A DNA stretch of 63,964 nt, the filler included, from Octopus bimaculoides (taxonomy: Eukaryota): assembly GCF_001194135.2 (NCBI RefSeq). It is 8 parts of 7 records of this genome, joined end to end, with 100 filler letters (N's around TTAATTAATTAA, not from the genome) between each part and the next. Parts side by side here need not be neighbours in the genome. Positions count along the whole stretch, not along the records: positions 59,801 to 63,964 come from NW_026351786.1; 7 more parts are not named here. One strand, 5' to 3'. Positions 63,479 to 63,964 of the stretch are shown here, piece after piece; the stretch's first letter is position 1; the number at the start of each line of letters is the position of its first letter. A program made the translations under genes and the position numbers. The notes under the pieces are model-generated. The model saw nothing but the letters and a program-made list of their open reading frames with translations. It was not told the DNA's origin and did no database searches.

Positions 63479-63504
63479 CACAAACACATGACACATCACT
63501 TCAA
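63479..63504 (-). CDS. Candidate 26-nt microexon (xEVMCHVFV)
   Basis: Long pyrimidine tract ending tttatcctag; GTG|gtgagt donor; only one open frame. Confidence 0.42.
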
Positions 63505-63964
63505 CTAGGATAAACACAGAGTTAAAACAAAATAAGAGAAACTCGCNNNNNNNNNNNNNNNNNNNNNNNNNNNNNNNNNNNNNNNNNNNNNNNNNNNNNN
63601 NNNNNNNNNNNNNNNNNNNNNNNNNNNNNNNNNNNNNNNNNNNNNNNNNNNNNNNNNNNNNNNNNNNNNNNNNNNNNNNNNNNNNNNNNNNNNNNNNNNN
63701 NNNNNNNNNNNNNNNNNNNNNNNNNNNNNNNNNNNNNNNNNNNNNNNNNNNNNNNNNNNNNNNNNNNNNNNNNNNNNNNNNNNNNNNNNNNNNNNNNNNN
63801 NNNNNNNNNNNNNNNNNNNNNNNTAATCTTCCTTAGGATCCACACAGAGCGGTTCCCTTTCTTAACGGTTGCTGCTGGTAATCTTTAACTTCTGGCATCA
63901 CAGTTCATCAGAATGTCATCAGATGCAGGACATATTTTAAAAACAATGTTAAGCAATGATTAGT

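Overview
AT-rich, microsatellite-dense animal genomic DNA from a gappy draft assembly. The SINE families and repeat style suggest a coleoid cephalopod, probably Octopus (inference, not verified). There is no intact long ORF, rRNA, functional tRNA or CRISPR array, and nearly all ORF-track entries are microsatellite or N-gap artefacts. The window is mostly intronic or intergenic and filled with mobile-element relics: at least five tRNA-derived SINE families, Penelope-like elements (PLEs) with inverted terminal repeats, an RTE LINE with three C2H2 fingers and a 5' inversion, Tx1/L1 LINEs in (GATA)n tracts, R4/Dong-type and other RLE LINEs next to trinucleotide tracts, and mariner, maT and Tc1 relics and MITEs. 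Several short candidate exons have good splice sites. They lie on the + strand (732, 7807, 15691, 50916, 60379) and in a - strand cluster at 59.8-63.9 kb that includes a death-domain-like segment; none can be assigned to a named gene. The most notable observations are a structurally intact minimal hammerhead ribozyme inside a tRNA-headed SINE (31159-31202), several more PLE-type hammerhead motifs, and a head-to-head SINE pair enclosed by a single 17-bp target-site duplication (5152-5475).
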